NCBI RefSeq assembly: GCF_000260965.1
Contig: NC_017856.1
Span: 300,001-332,000, forward strand
Origin: Methylophaga frappieri
GTDB lineage: Bacteria > Pseudomonadota > Gammaproteobacteria > Nitrosococcales > Methylophagaceae
DNA length: 32,000 nucleotides
Direction: 5' to 3'
In this document: in pieces, positions 26,747 to 32,000 of the stretch
How positions within the stretch are numbered: the stretch's first letter is position 1
Layout of the letters: each line of letters begins with the position of its first letter
The notes under the pieces: model-generated
Told to the model about the DNA's origin: nothing
Database searches by the model: none
What the model saw: only the letters and a program-made list of their open reading frames with translations
Translations under genes and position numbers: made by a program

Positions 26747-27445
26747 ATGCAAGTCCCCTCAGCGACGATATTAATTGTTGAAGATCATCGAGATTTAGCT
26801 GCAAATATCGGTGATTATCTCGAATCTGGTGGTTTTGTGGTTGATTTTGCCACGGATGGCATCAGTGCTTTACAGCTCTGTGCGGATAACCATTACGATG
26901 CCATTGTGCTGGATATTATGTTACCTGGACTGGACGGCTTTGAGGTATGTCGCCGTTTGCGACAAGAAGCCCATAAAAACATGCCAATTATCATGCTGAC
27001 CGCGCGCGATACGCTTAATGACAAGGTCGATGGCTTTGATGCCGGCGCCGATGACTATCTGATCAAGCCATTTGAGTTACGCGAGCTGGAAGTACGGCTG
27101 ATTGCAATGATTCGTCGACAACGGGGAGAACTTGAAGGGGGACAATTGCAAGTCGATGATTTATGCTTTGATTTGCAAACCATGCGTGTCACACGTGGTG
27201 ACGCCCCCATAAAACTGTCTCGTATTACGTTACAGATTTTGCGAATATTGATGCGGGAATCCCCAAAATTAGTAACCCGGGAACAGCTGGAAACCGAAGT
27301 ATGGGGAGAAGATACACCCGATAGCGATACTTTACGCAGTCATTTATATAATCTGCGCAAAAGTATCGACAAACCGTTCGCATCACCACTAATGCATACC
27401 ATTCCGGGCGTTGGCTACAAAATCTGTAGCGCATCGGATCTGTAA
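26747..27445 (+). CDS. OmpR/PhoB-family response regulator
   Basis: 232 aa. The receiver domain shows ILIVEDH and VLDIMLPGLDG, with KPF also present. The C-terminus is a winged helix (LTREQLETEVWGEDTPDSDTLRSHLYNLRKSI...IHTIPGVGYK). Confidence 0.88.
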   Translation: MQVPSATILIVEDHRDLAANIGDYLESGGFVVDFATDGISALQLCADNHYDAIVLDIMLPGLDGFEVCRRLRQEAHKNMPIIMLTARDTLNDKVDGFDAGADDYLIKPFELRELEVRLIAMIRRQRGELEGGQLQVDDLCFDLQTMRVTRGDAPIKLSRITLQILRILMRESPKLVTREQLETEVWGEDTPDSDTLRSHLYNLRKSIDKPFASPLMHTIPGVGYKICSASDL

Positions 27446-27446
27446 T

Positions 27447-28745
27447 TCAGTTTATTTTACGTTGTGCTTTCGGGAATTCGATCCCAACTTCGGTACCTTC
27501 GCCGATTTTGCTCGATAACCGTAAGCGCCAGTCATATCGGTTGCATAACCGTTTGACGATAGTCATGCCGACGCCATGACCAGCCACCTGATTGTCTGGT
27601 CCACGAAAAAACGGAGTGAAAACCTGATTTAACTGGGCTTTATCCATGCCGATGCCACTATCGGAAATCACGAAGCCTTCTGCACTAATTCGTATTGTAA
27701 TGCTGCCCTTCAAAGTGTAGTTAAAGGCATTACGCAGCAAATTACCAATCAAAATCGGCAAAACCCTTTCAGGCGCTCGAACCTGAAGCAAACCGGACTC
27801 TTCAACATGAATACTCACCGGCTTATCTTTATGCACGATCTGCAGATTATCCAGTTCTCTGGCAATCAGATCGTTAACGTTAATCTGTTCAATATGTAAG
27901 GCATACTCTTGATCACGTGCTAACAGCAACAGCGTTTCAATCAAAGACTCCATGTCATACAAGGTGCGGTACATCCGATGAATCTCAGCACTGCCGGCGT
28001 CACCGTATTTACGCTCAACCAGCTCCAACGCACCGCGAATCACGGCGATTGGTGTCCGCAGCTCATGACTGACATCCCGGGTAAAATTGCGTTCTCGTTC
28101 GACAAATGACTCTAATCGACTGGTGAAATGATCCAGTGCTCTAACCAGACTGCTGACCTCTTCATCAGGAATACGTCGAATCTCACTTAATTCCAACTTA
28201 GGCAGCTGGCCATCATGAAAATCCATCTGCTCAACCGCACGAGACAATTGCACAATTGGCGATATGGCCTTGTGACTTTGTCGATAGGCAATCCAGGCCA
28301 ATAAATACAGCACGACCAAAACCAGTGCCAGCGGCAAAATGCCAAATACTAGTGCAAGCCTGGAGACCTTGACTTCATCAAAGACCAGATACAGTCGTTG
28401 TCCATTTTGTTCATCAACATAGATAATCGGCTGCTCACTCTGAAAATCCACCCGATGCAAACCTGAAGACAAAGTTTTTAATGGTGCAGGCAAGTTATCC
28501 AGCGCATCAATCTCGGCTAGATATGCCGTCAAATTCATGGTGTCGGGTAAAGGGAAATCGGCATCACGATTGTACTTTTGCCAAAAGTGCGCGGCTTCCC
28601 CCTCCAGTGCAGCTCTGACCAACACATCCTGCAGCGTCGCTTTAGCGGCAAAAATACCAGCCAGCGTGACCAGACTGATCAAGACAATCTGAATCAAAAA
28701 AACTTTGATTAACTTGGCTTTAAGGGTGGTTTGTGATGCAGCCAT
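27447..28745 (-). CDS. sensor histidine kinase (HisKA + HATPase_c), two TM helices
   Basis: The ATG at 28745 (MAASQTTLKAK...) lies 2 nt after the stop of the upstream methyltransferase gene, whereas the ORF-track start overlaps that gene. The H-box is FTRDVSHELRTPIAVI. The N and G boxes are LLRNAFNYT, DSGIGMD and GHGVGMTIVKRL. Confidence 0.85.
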   Translation of the reverse strand: MAASQTTLKAKLIKVFLIQIVLISLVTLAGIFAAKATLQDVLVRAALEGEAAHFWQKYNRDADFPLPDTMNLTAYLAEIDALDNLPAPLKTLSSGLHRVDFQSEQPIIYVDEQNGQRLYLVFDEVKVSRLALVFGILPLALVLVVLYLLAWIAYRQSHKAISPIVQLSRAVEQMDFHDGQLPKLELSEIRRIPDEEVSSLVRALDHFTSRLESFVERERNFTRDVSHELRTPIAVIRGALELVERKYGDAGSAEIHRMYRTLYDMESLIETLLLLARDQEYALHIEQINVNDLIARELDNLQIVHKDKPVSIHVEESGLLQVRAPERVLPILIGNLLRNAFNYTLKGSITIRISAEGFVISDSGIGMDKAQLNQVFTPFFRGPDNQVAGHGVGMTIVKRLCNRYDWRLRLSSKIGEGTEVGIEFPKAQRKIN

Positions 28746-28747
28746 TG

Positions 28748-29782
28748 TTAGGCAGTCGGCTTTGAAAACAAGTAATGACTGACCAGCCATTCCTGACCAT
28801 TACGGTAACCAAATAACTCGGCGCAGGCCATAAAAAAAAGCCGCCAGCGTTGTAACCACACTTCGCCTTGTTGTGGCCCATAAATCTCATCAAAGAGTTG
28901 GCTTATCTGCGAAGCATGTTTATCGGTATTGGAAAGCCATGCGTTGGCTGTTTTTTCATAATGGCTACCACTGACCAGCCATTGCTTTTCAATATTTAAT
29001 TTATTCTGGAAATGCAGCAGGGTATCTGCCGATGGCATTAAACCTCCGGTAAAGAAATATCGCCCCATCCAGTTATCCTCACCTTCCGTCTCAAACGGAT
29101 AAACAACACTCCGGTGACAGAAAATATGAATAAATAATTTGCCATCCTCGCGCAGCCAGCCGGCAATATTGTCAAATAATTTTTGATAATTACGCATGTG
29201 CTCAAACATTTCGATAGACACAATGCGATCAAACTGGGCCCCCAGAGTCAATTGATTAACGTCTTCCGTTATGACGCGAATATTGGTCAGTCCTCTGTCT
29301 TTGGCCTGCTCCTCAATGAAGCGACGCTGTGATGCCGAGTTAGAAACAGCAGTGATTTTGGAACGGGAAAAGCGTTGTGCCAGATACAGTGTTAATGATC
29401 CCCAGCCACAGCCCAGCTCAAGAATATCTTGACCGTTATGAAACTGCCCCCGCTCCACATATTTTTCCAGCATAGCCTGCTCAGCATCCGCCAGTGATAA
29501 CGCACTGCTTTGCCACCAGCAACCGCTGTATTTCAAATGGCTGCCTAATACCAGCGAGTAAAATGCTGCCGGTATTTCATAATGTTGTTCATTCGCGGCG
29601 GCGGTTTCGATTGCAATCGGGCTTGACCTTAACTCATCAATGAATGCCGCTTTACGCTCACTGCTTAGTTGAACATCATTGGCGCTCTCCGTTGCAAGCC
29701 GTTGACGTAATAAATAGCGAATTCCCATGCGAATAAGACGATCTGGTAATACGCCTTTTTCAGCCAGCTTAATCAGCGACAT
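28748..29782 (-). CDS. SAM-dependent methyltransferase, cyclopropane-fatty-acyl-phospholipid synthase (CMAS) superfamily
   Basis: The ORF track starts at 30064 inside the upstream gene. The ATG at 29782 (MSLIKLAEKG...) gives 344 aa. Motifs: HYEIP.AFY, SAM motif I ILELGCGWGSL, and SIEMFEHM. Confidence 0.8.
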   Translation of the reverse strand: MSLIKLAEKGVLPDRLIRMGIRYLLRQRLATESANDVQLSSERKAAFIDELRSSPIAIETAAANEQHYEIPAAFYSLVLGSHLKYSGCWWQSSALSLADAEQAMLEKYVERGQFHNGQDILELGCGWGSLTLYLAQRFSRSKITAVSNSASQRRFIEEQAKDRGLTNIRVITEDVNQLTLGAQFDRIVSIEMFEHMRNYQKLFDNIAGWLREDGKLFIHIFCHRSVVYPFETEGEDNWMGRYFFTGGLMPSADTLLHFQNKLNIEKQWLVSGSHYEKTANAWLSNTDKHASQISQLFDEIYGPQQGEVWLQRWRLFFMACAELFGYRNGQEWLVSHYLFSKPTA

Positions 29783-30542
29783 GTTTTTTTCTCCACGGAA
29801 TAAATGGACTGGTTGTTTTTTGATAGCTTCGGTAGGCCTCACCTCGGCTCCGCAATGCCTGTTTTTCGGTGTAGGGGATACCCGTAATGAAATACAAAAA
29901 CAGCCACATAACCACCGGTGCCAACCAAAGCCATTGCCCCGCTGCCAAGCCAATGGCCAGCAACGGATAGGTGAACCAGTGCAGCCATTCAAAAAAGTAA
30001 TTGGGGTGTCGAGAGTAATACCACAGACCGTCTTCGCAAACCTGACCACGATTCGTCGGATCATTCACAAAACGTTTTAACTGATAATCCGCGGCAGTGA
30101 CCCCGATAAAGGCGCTGATAAACACCATGACGGCGAGGCCATGAAACCAGCCGAAATCAGCCGTTTGGCTATTTGTAATAATGTAAATGGGCAAGGTGAA
30201 TGCCCAGACGAGTAAAGCCTGAAACTGAAAAAACCAGAAATAGTACGTATCTGCACGTGTTCCCCAATATTGCCGGAGATATCGATAACGCCCTTCCTCT
30301 TCACTTCCAAAGACGCGCTTGGCCAAATGCATGCCAAGCCGAACATACCACATCGACATCATTAGGCCAGCAAGCCACTTCAGCCATAGCGTGCCCTCTC
30401 CTGTCACGGCATAAAACAGTGCCAATATCGATAAGCCAAATGCCCATAACACATCTACCACACCCGCATTCTGACGCTTTTTTTGCCACAACCACCCTAA
30501 GCTCATGATAATTACGGCAAACGCGAAACTAAGCCACAACAT
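29769..30542 (-). CDS. DUF1295 family polytopic membrane protein (steroid reductase / ICMT-like fold)
   Basis: 257 aa with multiple TM helices. It carries the signature YSRHPNYFFEWLHWF near the C-terminus. Confidence 0.75.
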   Translation of the reverse strand: MLWLSFAFAVIIMSLGWLWQKKRQNAGVVDVLWAFGLSILALFYAVTGEGTLWLKWLAGLMMSMWYVRLGMHLAKRVFGSEEEGRYRYLRQYWGTRADTYYFWFFQFQALLVWAFTLPIYIITNSQTADFGWFHGLAVMVFISAFIGVTAADYQLKRFVNDPTNRGQVCEDGLWYYSRHPNYFFEWLHWFTYPLLAIGLAAGQWLWLAPVVMWLFLYFITGIPYTEKQALRSRGEAYRSYQKTTSPFIPWRKKHVAD

Positions 30543-31068
30543 TCGCTGCCTCCACTTCTTTTTGTTGCCAGTCCCGTGCCAATTTAAATAATAGCGGTAA
30601 CACCACGGCCCAGCTAAACGCTGCTGCCAGTGCCATCGGAATAGGCATTAACCACGTTACGGCACCAAGTTTTTGACCAGCCAGATAAGACAGTGGACTT
30701 GCAACAAAGGCACATATCGCCGCCAGCCAGGCTCGTTCACGTAACCAAGACAACGAGTGATTCAGGGTCAGAACAAAAACGCACCATAAACACAACACCC
30801 AAATCGGCGCTAAAGGCGGCCACTGCTGTGACGCGTAGGCCATTAAACCGGTAGCGGACCACAGTGAATCGAGTATTAGTCCAGTCAGTACACCAACAAT
30901 CACCAGTTTGCTGTCACTTTTAGGACAATGGCTAAAACGAAAGTGAATTGCGACAAATAAGATTGTGACCAACAATGCCAGCCAATTAAGCTGATAGGCG
31001 CCAGCCAGTACACAGCCCAGCCAGCCAATCTGAAACAGCACAAAGTTGATCACTTGCCGATGCGCCAT
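30529..31068 (-). CDS. DUF2878-like small polytopic membrane protein
   Basis: 179 aa, hydrophobic throughout (FVLFQIGWLGCVLAG...). Its position between a cfa gene and a DUF1295 gene fits my recollection of DUF2878 synteny. Confidence 0.55.
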   Translation of the reverse strand: MAHRQVINFVLFQIGWLGCVLAGAYQLNWLALLVTILFVAIHFRFSHCPKSDSKLVIVGVLTGLILDSLWSATGLMAYASQQWPPLAPIWVLCLWCVFVLTLNHSLSWLRERAWLAAICAFVASPLSYLAGQKLGAVTWLMPIPMALAAAFSWAVVLPLLFKLARDWQQKEVEAANVVA

Positions 31069-31069
31069 A

Positions 31070-32000
31070 TCAGGCTACCCACTGCGATCGACGATTATCG
31101 GGCTTGGCAAATAACAACTGCACATCACCAATGGTGCGCTCCGCAAAGCCCCCCTCGCAGTAGCACAGATAAAACTCCCACATACGAATAAATTCGTCTG
31201 GATAACCCTGACGTCTTATCGTATCCAGTTGTGACATAAATCGGTGGCGCCATTCAGCCAGTGTTAAGGCATAACTTGGACCAATATCTTCAAGGTTAAT
31301 TAATCGCAACCGCGATGCGGCGGCGGATTCGGTCAACACGCAGACACTAGGAATAAAGCTACCGGGAAAAATATAACGCTTGATAAAATCGACTGATTTA
31401 ACCGCCTGGTCATAACGATGATCGGCAATCGTAATAGCCTGAATGATCGCCAAGCCATCCGTTGCTAATAACGCACTGCAACATTCAAAATAATCATCCA
31501 GATAGTGATGCCCCACTGCTTCGACCATCTCAATCGAGACTAATTTGTCATATTCGCCGGTTAACTCACGGTAATCCTGCATCAATACCGTCACTTGATT
31601 TTGCAGACCGGCTTGTTTTATCCGTGCATTTACGTAGTCAAACTGTGCTTGAGAAATAGTTGTAGTCGTCACCCGACAACCATAGTGCTTAGCTGCAAAA
31701 ATAGCACATCCGCCCCAACCCGTGCCGATTTCCAGCAAATGATCGCTGGCTTGCAGATCTAACTTGTCACATAAGCGTTGCAGCTTCTGATGTTGGGCCT
31801 GCTCCAAGGTGTCCTCATTTCGTAGGTATAAACCTGATGAATACATCATCCAGTCTTTATCCAGAAACAGGGAAAACAAATCATTACCAAGGTCGTAATG
31901 GGCGGCAATATTTTTACGGCTGCCCCTGAGATTATTGCGGTTTCGATCATGCCAGGCACGCAGTACCCAGCCAGCAATTCGGGCTGGACCGTGTTCGACC
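31070..32000 (-). CDS. cyclopropane-fatty-acyl-phospholipid synthase family protein; 5' end outside the window
   Basis: The ORF-track start (31879) is a TTG inside the conserved motif. The frame stays open to the window edge: VEHGPARIAGWVLRAWHDRNRNNLRGSRKNIAAHYDLGNDLFSLFLDKDWMMYSSGLY.... The SAM motif is LLEIGTGWGG, and SIEMVEAVGH and EFYLCYCEGGF are also present. Confidence 0.85.
   Translation of the reverse strand, partial: VEHGPARIAGWVLRAWHDRNRNNLRGSRKNIAAHYDLGNDLFSLFLDKDWMMYSSGLYLRNEDTLEQAQHQKLQRLCDKLDLQASDHLLEIGTGWGGCAIFAAKHYGCRVTTTTISQAQFDYVNARIKQAGLQNQVTVLMQDYRELTGEYDKLVSIEMVEAVGHHYLDDYFECCSALLATDGLAIIQAITIADHRYDQAVKSVDFIKRYIFPGSFIPSVCVLTESAAASRLRLINLEDIGPSYALTLAEWRHRFMSQLDTIRRQGYPDEFIRMWEFYLCYCEGGFAERTIGDVQLLFAKPDNRRSQWVA

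Noticed and set aside
1-32000. CRISPR arrays, retron-like or other tandem repeat structures
   Set aside because: Reading through the intergenic regions revealed no regularly spaced direct repeats. The only significant repeats are the att pair, the IS inverted repeats and the TTGGTAC heptamers.

Overview
This looks like a gammaproteobacterial chromosomal segment, mostly housekeeping genes on the minus strand. From left to right it contains:
- a Bat-like MoxR/DUF58/membrane/VWA operon
- a NarX/NarL-type two-component pair convergent with ahpCF
- an orphan bioA
- a tightly packed queA-trmJ-cysE-iscR-cysteine desulfurase-iscA block
- an intact tRNA-Leu(CAA)

Immediately after the tRNA lies a ~6.3 kb island (14531-20831) that looks AT-richer. 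It is bounded by 31-nt direct repeats of the tRNA 3' end and has no integrase. Its cargo is:
- a translationally coupled AAA+ ATPase (with a C-terminal HTH-like tail) plus a large cytoplasmic S8 subtilase, the IetAS-like anti-phage architecture whose mechanism is unknown
- a small acidic 66-aa ORF
- a 1240-bp IS3-family element whose orfB carries an in-frame stop
- a NERD-domain gene cut by that IS

A TTGGTAC heptamer recurs in the island's non-coding spacers and was not seen in the module's coding DNA.

Right of the island are:
- a Tsx/OmpK-like porin
- a permuted SiaABCD-like partner-switching c-di-GMP module
- bfr and bfd, each with a Fur-box-like site
- an OmpR-type regulator that converges on its likely kinase
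- a cfa-like / DUF1295 / DUF2878 / cfa lipid-modification operon, with which the kinase appears to be co-transcribed

The ATPase-protease module on the tRNA-Leu island is the best candidate for a novel or poorly understood system. All calls rest on motif reading by eye. No database search was run and composition was only spot-counted by eye.
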